From Azolla caroliniana (taxonomy: Eukaryota; Plantae; Polypodiophyta), in contig JBHGNT010000015.1 in assembly GCA_043228905.1 (NCBI GenBank), forward strand, positions 930,001 to 994,000: a stretch of 64,000 nucleotides of DNA, written 5' to 3'. The notes under the pieces are model-generated. The model was not told where the DNA came from, ran no database searches, and saw only the letters and a list, made by a program, of their open reading frames with translations. This document shows, piece after piece, positions 51,149-62,349 of the stretch (position 1 is its first letter; every line of letters begins with the position of its first letter). The position numbers were made by a program, and so were the translations under genes.

Positions 51149-52020
51149 ATTAGAATTAGAATTAGAATTTTTATCGTCCATAAAGAGGCCAATTTTGACC
51201 TATGGGACCAGAGTATACATGTGTTCTTGATATGTGTCTCCTTCCTAAGAAGGGGTATTCATACATTGAAGCACAAAGTCTCTATGTGTGAATAAAGCAT
51301 ACACATATGAGCTCAACCTTCTCGGTGGTGCCTTAAGTATGGCACTTAAGTTATCACTCCCTCTTAGTATGTCAGCATATCTTGAACGAATTGCACTATA
51401 TGTCGAGCATGTGAAGAACAAGTGACATTCATCCTCTACCATGCCTTCTTTGCATACTTTGCATGTCTTCAAATTAGTTACATTTTGATACCATGATGCA
51501 ACTTCAATACCTAATTTGTGAGATCGAGTGCGAAGTAGTGTAAGGGCTCTACGAGCATTACTACTCATATTGATAATGAGATAAGGTTGGATACGATCAA
51601 TGGGCATTCTTGCTTTATATTGAGACCAACATTGAGGGTTGACATTTGCAATATAGTATTCTAGCTTTGTCCTCTTAGCATCTTCCCACTTCATCCTTAA
51701 TGATTCCACCAACCTTTCCTCAATCATTACATACTGCATAGCATTGCCCAAAAGCTCTAAAAGATCATCCAAACCCCATCTTCTAAACCATTTCCTTATG
51801 TCAACAATCCAACCGGATGAGAGAATCTTACTTTTATGATTCTTTTGTAGCTTACATCCAACATTGCAAGCAATATGTGGTAATCGATGATTCTGCATAT
51901 TCTTGACTTTTGTAATGTATTTATATACTTTTTGGAGTGCCAATAGTTCTATGGGTCAAACACCTGTTTCCAAGAGCATAACCTGGTAAGAGGTAGTGCA
52001 TTTAACTCCTAATTGCCTCC
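51149..52020 (-). mobile_element. 5'-truncated non-LTR retrotransposon (RTE/L2-like LINE 3' end)
   Basis: ORF 51943-51245 contains RTRSHKLGIE..CKVC..VEDECHLFFTCSTYSAIRSRY, a C-terminal Zn motif of LINE ORF2. The element ends in a short (TTCTAA)3 tail at ~51149-51168. Confidence 0.8.
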
Positions 52021-52089
52021 TGATTTGACACAAGAGAATACACATACAAAGAAAGTCTATGATTTACATCTTGAACCAAATAAATGGAA

Positions 52090-53430
52090 GAGATTCACTG
52101 TTGATATAATTCCAGGTACTCCATTTGTGTACTAGGTTCTTTGGGAATCCTTAGTAAATGTCTTATTAGAAAAATAGAAAGGTGATTCACAGACGGATGG
52201 GAACTTCAACTACAAGCTTGGAACTCTCTCACACTCTCGTTGGCTAAAGCTATTTACAGCTACATCAACACTCTAATGCTTCCATTAACTATTTGCAGGT
52301 GACAGTGGCAAGCTGGAATGTTTTGGAAACAAAATAATCCAAGTTGACCCAGCCCTCTGGGTGAGTTGTTTCTTATTGATGTCCATGTTAGGTCCAGATG
52401 ACATGATACATTTATATATATACGGAGGAGCTGAAATTCAGCATTATAAAGTCTTCTCCATTGCCCATTATTTGGTCACCACGGACCCCTCCTCCAATGG
52501 AGATATCATTTGTGGAGCTTTTTACTACTAGAATGGTGCCTTTGAAAAAGGACAATAATGGATTAAAAATGTTGCCAGGTGTATTAATTATACCTGCCAT
52601 GTCATCAGAGAGTAGCTTTTTGACAAAGATATACATGAGGTGGAAGAAGCCAAATCAATAAATTTGTATGTGTGGTTCAGTTATCAGTTGAAAAAAGTAG
52701 TGACATCTGTTGATAATCCAGGAACGTTACAAAGAACTTTACAATTGCAATGTGGAGAACCATTTTCACATCAGTTTATGCCTCCTTTTCAAAGAGATGC
52801 ATTCCTCAGAGGCTTGAAGAAGACACATGGAAAAACATCAGGAAATGCCAGCATTGCTGCAAATGAGACTAGTACTCTCATGCTCGCCATAAAGAACACT
52901 AGTGCTGTGAAGCTGGAATTGATAAGCATAATTGTAGATGTAGCTAACAACAAGATTTGTTCGATTAGACTGGAAAATACTTCCAGTGCAGGAAGTGTTC
53001 GCTCATTTACAAGGAATCTTCATAAAAACAATGATTCAACTTTTATAGAAGAGCAAGATCATCCTGGAAAATCCATGTCAAGCGTGTTCCACATACATCC
53101 ATTCGAAGCTAGTCCATCTCTATCCATTGGTATTGTGAATGAAAAGTGGAGAAGGTTCTATACAGAGGTAGCAGACTAGAAGGAGCTGAAAACAATCGTT
53201 TAGAAGATGGTTTTCTTACCTGAAGTTCTTGTGGAGAAACCTTCATTATTAACCACACGTTCAACTACCCATTTAATGTGTCTTTATGCATTGAGAATCA
53301 CACAGCACTCGTACAAGAAGTGAAACTTTCAGTGTTAGACTCTCCAGCCTTTATATTCTTGGGAGCTCAGAGTGACATTATACATATTCTCCTATATGCA
53401 AGGTATGTCATTTCTGCCTAAGGTGCTAGA
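52090..53430 (+). pseudogene. TRAPPC11: Trafficking protein particle complex subunit 11 (TRAPPC11/Gryzun C-terminal region) gene fragment with multiple deletions and frameshifts
   Basis: Collinear motifs RWLKLFT, DSGKLEC, FGNKIIQVD, IWSPR, IYMRWKKP, HQFMPPFQRDAFL, NETSTLMLAIKNTSAVKLELISI, HPGKSMSSVFHIHP..KWRR, LPEVLVEKPSL and LVQEVKLSVLDSPAFIFLG match plant TRAPPC11 as recalled. An intron acceptor (TTGCAG, ~52298) is retained. Confidence 0.75.
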
Positions 53431-53599
53431 GAATCTTGTTATCTAAGCATTGAAACACTCTAAACCTTAGACGGATTAAACTTTTGCCTTCAAAAGATCT
53501 CAAACATGGACTGATCCAAGATGCAGAAGTCTTTGAAGTGAAGGAAACGTCTTTCAAGTCATGTGATAATGACTTGTATTAGTTTATAAGGGTGATAGG

Positions 53600-54530
53600 T
53601 GCTCGGTCCAAATGGATGTGGCCTATGAGCACAACAAATTACTATTACCCAACCTATTGTTAATCTCTGAATATGTTTTGGTTAAAGATACATGCAATAC
53701 ATAGGTAATACCTTTCACATGATGAAATTACCTTATTGACCCTAAATGTTGTGACAAAGTTGGAATAACTTGGAATAACCATCTGCTACAGCATGGTGAA
53801 TATAGGTCAGTAGACCAATTCATTCCCCAAATGGAACAATCTTTGCATTTGAATGCAACACAAAGAAGTAGTAAACAGAGAAGAATGGCTTAAGTATGCC
53901 AAAGTTAAAGCAGGTGTGAGACCAACAGTATCAACTAGTGCATGTGACTTATATATGCATTAATGACCTAATAATGGGCAACTAGAAAACACAAAAAGAA
54001 GTATGGACAAGAAGTTGAAGGGTTGACCAATGAGGAAAATAAGAGCATTAACCACCCCAAAGGATTTAGGATGTACAATCTAGGGTTTTGCCAAGTGGTA
54101 TGCTGTAAAGCAGCTCGATGTGCTAGATGTTTTGGAATTGGTTTCAATGGACTTGCTCAAGGTAAAGATATTAGCCTAGGTGACAATGGAAACCCCAAAC
54201 TAGTCTGCATCACTATAATATGCAAAACCAAAAGAAGAAGGACGGACTTGGTTGCAGTCCTTTGATGATTTGAAGAGGTGTCTGTGTGGAACTATGATGA
54301 CATGAAATGCATACCACCAAAGGGGGTCCTGTACATAATACCTAAACAAGGAAAAATATGTGGCCGGTTTGTCAGCAATGTGCCCTTGCAATGCTCAAAA
54401 AGTCTGTGAAACGATAGAAAAAAATGCACAAAGCTGGATCATATACCCCATCCAACATACCATGTTGGTCTCCCCCATCATAATAGTGCCTAAAAAGATG
54501 GCAAGATTCCGATATGCATTAATTCCCCCA
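53600..54530 (+). mobile_element. Degenerate Ty3/gypsy pol fragment (start of RT)
   Basis: SLGDNGNPKLV, FEEVSVWNYDDMKCIP (cf. F.DVFAW.Y.DM.G) and IIYPIQHTMLVSPIIIVPKK (cf. IYPI..S.WVSPIVIVPKK). Confidence 0.7.
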
Positions 54531-54589
54531 TCATTCAAAAGCATCTTGAGCACACTTATCAATGTGTGGCAAATCATATATGTGCATCT

Positions 54590-54658
54590 GACCTGGAAGA
54601 GAAGATTTCTCCAGTTGCAAAGAAGGCGAGGTTTGTGCTGCGTTGGAGGAAGCCATGG
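54590..54658 (-). pseudogene. Second copy of the purH-associated 5' exon (MASSNAAQTSPSLQLEKSSLP, phase-1 donor)
   Basis: 60 of 69 nt are identical to 50861-50929 by manual count. Both copies end CCA G|GT. Confidence 0.7.
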
Positions 54659-55454
54659 TGATGCCTAGTATGAATGGCCACATATAATTGTCCACCCTCT
54701 GTCCCCATGATTTCTTCGTCTTCTTGGGGTTGTTGTTAGATCCTCTCATCCAGGCAGCTTGAATCCTCGTCTCAACACGCTGTTATACATCAGGTTTCTT
54801 GAAACAGATTAGGGTTATTGAAATGGAGAAGTTTTAAGGTTGCGTTAGAAACAAAAGACACAGCGAACAAAATAAACAGGGAAAGATGAAGTTTAGGGTT
54901 GAAGCAAGAGAGGAAATGGAAAAGTTTAGGGTTAAAAGCAAAGCAAAAAGTTATGACATGAGCGTTTAGTTAGAGATAGTATATTACTTGATATTTTAGG
55001 GGTTTAACACACAGGAAGAAGCTTGGAATTAAAATTGGAGACCGTTGCAGGAGTCCGTGACAGATTGAAAAATACAGAACTGTGAAAATGAGGGCTAGAC
55101 ACCAGGAATAAAATTAGAAAAATAGTGTTAAACGATGGAAAAGATCGAAATTGTTGGGGTTAGACAACCGCAAGAACTTGAAAACTTAGGTTTCAATGAG
55201 AGAGAAGACATTACATCATGCGAACTCAGCAGATGGATATGGGAAATGGTAGAAGAGGAGGAGAAGCTGTGAGGAAGCCCAGGACCTTGGCTTACATTCA
55301 GATGAATCTCTGCAGCTTAGGAAGGAGAAGATGGAAGGGTGAATCTGGCATCTCCTCTTCCGAATGCAACCAGTCGAAGAAGATGTGGAAGCAGCCATAG
55401 CTTCAGAAAAGACCAGCAAGTCCTAGCTAGTACAACAATGTCTTCACAAAGTCT

Positions 55455-55644
55455 TCTTATGAGGTTTTAAACTTCTTCTTCTTCTTCTTCTTATGAGGTT
55501 TTAATCTTCTTCTTATGAGGTTTCTATCTTCTTCTTCTTCTTCTTCTTCTTATGAGGTTTCAATCTTCTTCTTCTTCTTCTTCTTATGAGGTTTCAATCT
55601 TCTTCTTCTTCTTCTTCTTCTTCTGAGGTTTTAATCTTCTTCTT

Positions 55645-55675
<31 letters not shown>

Positions 55676-55765
55676 TGAGGTTTCAATCTTCTTCTGAAGT
55701 TTCAATCTTCTTCTTCTTCTTCTTCTTCTGAGGTTTCAATCTTCTTCTTCTTCTTCTTCTTCTTG
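55455..55765. repeat. Compound minisatellite: (CTT)n tracts punctuated by (A)TGAGGTTTCAAT
   Basis: About nine units of TGAGGTTT(C/T)AAT are separated by CTT runs of variable length. Confidence 0.9.
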
Positions 55766-56155
55766 CCTGCATTTGCTTACCCACCCAACAAACTTTGCTC
55801 TCCATTGGTGCTTCCTAGCATGCAGGGTCAAGACCATCAGTATAAGAGTTTACCTTGATGAGCATTTCCATCTGCACACATGGTCCACTTCAATTTGATC
55901 AGAATCATTCATCCACATGTCATCATACAAATGATGTAACTACATATGATTAATTATTAAAAATTAAAACTAGATGGGGCATGCATGATACATGGATGTG
56001 CCACACACAGCATTGAGATATAATAAAGTGGCATGACATATTAAATGTACCGCAAACTTTGATCGAGATATAGTGAAATCACATGACACAGGGAACATGT
56101 ATCAATAAATGATGGAATGACATGATCAATATTGATGTGCATTCTTATCAGAAAT

Positions 56156-56277
56156 CTCTAGATATGAGTATGTTTGCAGTCTAGAATTTAGAGTACAAGT
56201 TTGCAGAGAAAAAGTCTTAAACCAACCAGCAAACTTGTTCTCTAAAGTCTAGACTGCAAACATACTCATATCTCGAG
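56156..56277. other. Near-perfect inverted repeat / hairpin (~49-bp stem, 24-nt loop)
   Basis: The left arm CTCTAGATATGAGTATGTTTGCAGTCTAGAATTTAGAGTACAAGTTTGC (56156-56204) pairs with 56229-56277 with 3 mismatches. Confidence 0.9.
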
Positions 56278-56279
56278 GG

Positions 56280-57151
56280 TAATTCTGTCGGTCTCTTTCC
56301 TGAGATCATCTCAATCAACAATACACCATAGCTGTATACATCTGTCTTTTCAGTTGCTATACCACTTTGTATGTTCTCTGAATATGGCATAGTTAGTTAC
56401 TCTAAGATACATCATAACAGAATGCAAGACAGAAGATAAGAACAGCATAACATATAACATGAAAATGCATATATGGTTATGTATGTATTTAGAAAAAGGA
56501 ATGAAGAAGGTTACCTGGAGCTAGGTATTCCAAAGTACCAGAGGCAGCAAGGTTTGTTGTGGCAAGGGTTTCTTCCAATGGTTTGGCAAGTCCAAAGTCC
56601 TGTCCTTACAATCCAATGACATGCTTCCTTGGATTGCAAGAAACAGCCTTCCAATGACATGAGTCTTCATCAGAAACCTTCCAATTGTTGACAGTGCCAA
56701 GTGAATCATGAAAACCATCAGATTTGAAAGCAAGTAAATCTTCCCCCACATGATTAAAACAAAACACATCTTAATGTTCAGATCAAACCTTACAACTAGA
56801 GCATAGGTTCATGTTCCATTCATTTTCAAAGGAAAAACCAACTAATTTCTCACTGCAAAACCAATTCTTGTAAGAATTGACAACATAATATATCGGGTTG
56901 GACTTAGATCGCCCCCTCTGCTTTCATACACTTTGCACTCCTTCAAATATAGACATGATAGTGATCAATTCTAATAGATATGTAATGGTGTCCAGTCCTA
57001 AACATATATGTTCGATAAACAAATTCACAACAATGGAAATACGTGCATTACCTTCTTGGGTTAAGGCAGAAGCAGGCAATTTGTATGTTGTGAAGCTATG
57101 CATGGATAAGAAGAAGAAGAAGACACAGAAAAGTGGCATATTGGGCATCAT
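56280..57151 (-). pseudogene. Collapsed LRR receptor-like kinase pseudogene (FEI/LRR-XIII-like): signal peptide and LRRNT joined to kinase subdomains VII-IX
   Basis: Exon 57151-57052 encodes a signal peptide ending ALTQEG. The next exon encodes EDLLAFKS..NNWKVSDEDSCHWKAVSCNPRKHVIGL and its acceptor AG is mutated to GG. It is followed at once by DFGLAKPLEE..SGTLEYLAP|, then an exon from 56377 encoding [31 protein letters not shown]. Confidence 0.85.
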
Positions 57152-58449
57152 CACTGCACATGGGGCAACAATTTATATCACCGTAAATGGGCTGTTACAG
57201 GGTGATAGTTCGATTGGATGGGAATTTCGTTCATCTCGCAAATGCAGAAGTTTCTACAGGACCCATTTTCAAACTATGTGGTTCAATCGGCCTTAGTAGC
57301 ATCATACTGCGTTTAGGGTTTTAGGTCAAAGCTAAAAACCAAATTTCATTTTGAGTATGTGATTGCTTTTCAACCTTTTTTGTGGGCGATTCAATCCACG
57401 TCTGTTAGTAGTTACAGCTTAATTGATGAAATTGAAGTGTCAAAATGAAGAATCAATTAGTTTCCTATTGTGATGAGTAATGCATAATATGGCATCCATT
57501 ACTTCACTATAGTGATATTAATGACCAATAAGATTGTGCTCATCTATCTTGGAATGTAGATGTTGCTAGCGATGTAGAATTATTATTATTATTATCTGTT
57601 TTCTCGAATCTTTGATGTCTTCTTCCTTTGGCCTTTTTCTTGCTATATTTTGTGAAGGTTTCTGAAAGCAATTGAATTTCCACTTTTGGAAAAAGAAGAA
57701 GAAGAAGAAGAAGACAAGTGATTATAATCAATGGCTTCTTTGTTGTTTATGCATAATTGAGGGTGAGGGGAGGTAATATGTGTTTTTGAAGGCCTCTGGG
57801 AAAAAAGTGTACTTGTCTTCAATTGTTTCAAAAACTTCTAGTCCAACCAATTCATTTGCTTTGCAAACATGAAGTATTGCTTATGGAATGTGTTTGTTTT
57901 GCACAGTTACAAGGGCGGAACATACCTGACACTAATTCTCGGTTGTCCAATGACAAGTGTTATTTTGGATGTTTATAACCTAAAGTGTGGGTGTCTATAA
58001 TCGGAGTGTTAAAACCCATGTATCAATGTGTATGTTTGGTCATGTGGAATTGAGAATTGCCTTCGCCACACTTTGAGGTAGCCTTTTTAGTGTCTAAGAT
58101 ATTGTGGATTGTGGCATATTTAGTGTATTGGTATGATTGTTCTCCTAAGTTGTTGAAGACTTCACGAAGGCGGACTCTAGCGGAATGAGGGATTTGTAGA
58201 TTGGCAATGCATCATGAACTTCATTTGCATTTGCCTCAATCATATGGGATTATGTAGGTCATGCAAACCTTGATCAATTGATTTTGTGGCGATCCAATAG
58301 GATATCTCATTCTATTGATTGTAATTCAACTTTCATAATTAACACATTACTATTTAAGAGAGAGACAGAGAAAGATTTAATTATCATCATCACAGGTCAA
58401 ACATGACCTATGAAACAAAAAATATAACATTTTCATGTAATATATATAT

Positions 58450-60097
58450 GTGTAAGTGAGTAGTGACTCCCGATTTTGAAGAACGAATGTCGCAATCAAG
58501 AGTGCACACTATGATTATAGAGAAATTTGTGCACGATTGGTTTGGTTGAAGATGTGTGGAAATCATAGATGGATGTGAACAAAGGTAGAACATTGTATCA
58601 AAGTGTGATACTCGTGTCTTGGGTTACATCCACCCATGCTTTCCACACATCTTGCATCCAATTAGAATAGACTTGCAAAGTCATTTATTCACATCCCTTG
58701 TGCCCTAATGCCTTGTCTTGCATCATACTGAGTGTGAGCTAAGTTGCATGGAAACAATGGTTGGGATGGTCTCCAACATGTATTAATATGTGCAATTTTC
58801 CTATTTACTGAAGACCTTGGTTTTCTAGTTAGGTGCAACACATATAATAGAATGTGTGAAGCCCAAGCCTCCACATTTTCCCCATGTCATGATGCAATGG
58901 TGTTGCAAAAAAGCTTCATTCACAAAGGAATCCATTTGTCTTCATGAAACGAGTGTGGTGCATCCCATCTTCCAAACAATTTTATCATATCTTATATCCA
59001 ACCGGAACACAAAACTTTGTTTTTATGTGTCTTTTGGATTTTTTTGTTTGCTTCCCATATTATGAGTCTTGGAAGTCAATGTGAGGGACTTTTTTGAACC
59101 TTACGGTTGTATTTGACTATCCTTTCCATGGTTATAATCGCAATGAGAAGTAATCTATTTCATGAATTAGGAGGGTGTAAAACATTTGTTTCTCGACTTA
59201 GAGAAACTTTGTGAGAAAACATTTTAGGAGATTTTTAAACTCTTCCCAATCAGACTTAGGGATGTTATCACTGACAAAGAAGCATTGGTGTCACCAAAGT
59301 GTCGAAAATGTATTTCTTAAGGACCCAGCACTTAATTTCTCAATGATTGCATATGTTGTCAAATGCATAATGTGCTCTCTTTCCCGCCTCTAAGAGACAT
59401 GCAACACACTCATTCCATTTAAAATTTGAAGGAACTTTAAGACCAAGGTATTTAAGGTTTTTGATAGTGCCAAGTCGTTCATTATTGTATATAATGTGGT
59501 TTATCCTTATTTTGGCTCTTCACAAGCATAATGTTTGTTTTAGAGCTATTGATACTCAACTTTACATGCGTGTAGAATTCTTCTAATGCCCTCTAAAAAA
59601 CTTATGTGCATCTCCTAAAGTATTTGCAAAAGATACCAATCTCATATGCATACAACAAAAGCATGATGATTACATTCCTAATGGTAACTTCTTCAATGCC
59701 TCCTTAACGAAACTTGGCAACAGTTTCTTCTAATTCATAATGCATAGATCAAATCAAGTTGGTGAAAGTGGGCATCCTTGTTGAACACCAATAGTGTCAT
59801 TGAAAAAATTTGAAATTCCATTGCCAATACACACAACATATATCATTCTTATAGATTTGGGAAATTGCACGCATATATTCACTTGGCAACCCGAGTTCTT
59901 CTTTGATATTTTTCATACTTCCATGTCCTATCAAAAATTATATGCTTTGTTTTAGAGATTTCTTTATCGTCTTGGACAACACCTACGACTATGAAGAAGT
60001 TTATTGTTGATTGGAAAACTTCCCATATTATTCCCTTTCTTGAATAAGCCTTTTGTACTTATGCAAATGTTTTTGATAATTTTCTTTATCCGTGACC
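58450..60097 (-). mobile_element. Degenerate LINE reverse transcriptase plus C-terminal region (same general type as 51149-52020)
   Basis: GVQQGCPLSPT at ~59790-59755, MLLLYAYEIGI (decayed LLYADD) at ~59665-59635, and a CKMC..EYHTLIQCS Zn motif at ~58660-58585. Many stops. Confidence 0.75.
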
Positions 60098-60875
60098 ATT
60101 CATTCAATATTTCTATTGCTAGAGCCTAGAAGATAGATTGCCAAAATCCAACAATATTTTAGGTATTAGAATACCACAATATGTTCATCCAGAAAGTTTG
60201 ATTCGATTGTTTCGGAGAAGTGTGTAGGATGCTCCATTTCTATATATTTTGAGATTGGCTTTACATAAATATAAAAAAGTATCTGTTAACTTTGTTTATC
60301 TTTCAAGAAACAAGGGGATAAAAAATATTGCTAGTGTATCTTGGAATTTCTACATCTCCGAGATTGATTCAACAATATTGTACCTAAAGAACGAGGTTCA
60401 TGAACCACAATGAAGACCTTTTAGATCTATCGATTGGAATAGCATTACTCAGAAGGGGGGGGCGATGTAGTTGGTATGAATACCCATCATATGGGGCAAA
60501 CATGCATTTTTGCAACAATCGATTTTTTTTTCATTATGGAAGGTATAGAAATCATAGTATCTTGGCTATCGGGGGGACTAAATACTTTGTAAGAAAATGG
60601 ATCTATTTTATTTCGACACTCCTGGAATCTTATTCTAATTCTAGTGTCAAATACAATCGAGTTTTTTTTTGAAAGGCTATCCAAAGATTCTTGTTTATTC
60701 TTGAGTTATAACCTAGGTTTTCGGTCAATAGGAAGGAGAGTTTGCGTCACCAATGCAGGAGGAGAACCCTACTTCAGCCTTTTTTTGACCAATCAAGTTT
60801 TTACTGAACTCCCGATTACGGTTATGGCAAGAAAGAATTCATGCGACAGTGCCGGACATCTGATTAGTAAATCGC
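60098..60875 (+). pseudogene. matK: Nuclear plastid DNA insertion: matK fragment
   Basis: IHSIFLLLE, EDRLPKSNNILGIRIPQYVHPESLIRLFRRSV*DAPFLYILRL, WNFYISEID, HYGRYRNHSILAIGGTKYFVRKWIYFI and ARKNSCDSAGHLISKS are collinear with matK, with frameshifts and stops. Confidence 0.85.
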
Positions 60876-61040
60876 AAGGAGGATTCTTATTTCAATACTA
60901 TTTCGGCTCCTTTCAATTCAGATGGGTCCACTTGTTTTACTAAGAATACTAGAGGTTATTTGGGGACCTTCTTCAATAATAGTATTGTTTGTTGCTGAAA
61001 TGGTCATCTCCCAAAAGGGGGTGTAAACTTCTTCGGGAAC

Positions 61041-61203
61041 CTAGGGTAAAATCTCTTTCCCTTTCCAACATGGAATGCATAACATTAAAATGGTCATCTC
61101 CCAAAAGGGCATGCATTATAGCATGTACGTTCTTGAAGGAACTAGCCACTCGTAAGGTACCGATGTGGGCAGGTCCAACATACATCCAATAAGCTAATTC
61201 CAT
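61041..61203 (-). pseudogene. chlB: Nuclear plastid DNA insertion: chlB 5' fragment (light-independent protochlorophyllide reductase subunit B)
   Basis: [54 protein letters not shown] versus canonical [54 protein letters not shown]. Confidence 0.93.
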
Positions 61204-61879
61204 AAATTGATTTTTTTTTTTTTTCGGCACCATCAAGGGATCTATTGTTATATGCAATATGTCATCATAATATAAACAATAGGATCCACTAAGAGGAGAA
61301 GTATATTTTATTATTATGAATAACTGGTTTGGTTTGGTTTCAAGATCAAGAAACCGAAACCGAACCGCGCCCATTGTTACATTATATAGTGAAGATCGTT
61401 TGCATTTTGAGAGGCTAATTTCTTAAGACCTATGCATACATCTTAAATTGTAAAGAAGAGACTCAAGGGCGGCATATATGAAAGAGAACCATAACACACC
61501 ATCTTTTGAGCAATGGATACATATAAATTCTTAGAATGCATAAACAAGTCCATAAGAGTTAAATCACCTTAATTCTCGATCAGATTTCCTTAGGTTTCCC
61601 CAAAATTTAGAGAGAGTGAGAGAGATATTGAAAAACTAAAGCTTGATTTTTGTTTTTCCCAAGTTACAAAGACTTTGATGTTTTAGTTTTTCAATTATTG
61701 TCATTATTTTGTTAAAAGGCATTAATGATCATTATTCATTATAATAAGTAGACTCCATTTGCCTTCATTTTGTTAGTGGAAATCTCTTCTCGGGACTTGC
61801 CACTTATCCCATCCCTCGATCCCATAATCCCACATGTCTAAGGGCCAAATAACAATCCTTAGTTCAAATCCCTTACACT

Positions 61880-62017
61880 CCCCACAATGCTTACAAAAAT
61901 TGGAAGACTCCTCATTCTCGACAGATCGATAGTTTCAGCAAGCACAAACTCCACATTTTTATTGGCCCAAAAATTCTCTCACAGAATAAACCATCTTGCT
62001 CTGGCTTATGGGTCTTT
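61880..62017 (-). pseudogene. rpoC1: Nuclear plastid DNA insertion: rpoC1 fragment
   Basis: [20 protein letters not shown]-(+1 nt)-GVCAC*NYRSV..NFCKHCG matches the RNA polymerase beta' N-terminal Zn-finger region. Confidence 0.85.
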
Positions 62018-62349
62018 CTCATCAAGACTCGAGAGGATAATTAGGTTTCTTTGGCATGCCTTTTATATGTCTAAGAGAGCATCTACTTCTAGGAAGTCTT
62101 TAGTGTATGTGTGTGCAAGTTAAGGTCTCTTTATAAGGATGGATGATGCAACCAAATTATCACCTCTAATTGCTAGTCCAATAGGAATTAGACAAACACC
62201 ATTCCTTAAGCTAATTCCCTATTTTAATTTTTAACATAGAATAAATTGATATATGACATTATGTGCTAAACAAGAATGTGAAAAGCATACACTTCATATG
62301 CATTTATAGAATTTGATGTCCACTAAACTTAACAAACAACATTTCTCGT

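Noticed and set aside
55455-55765. Repeat-spacer pattern resembling a CRISPR array
   Set aside because: The spacers are just CTT runs of varying length, not unique sequence.
60098-61203. chlB or matK as functional genes relocated to the nucleus
   Set aside because: Both are partial, matK has stops and frameshifts, and no transit peptide is evident.
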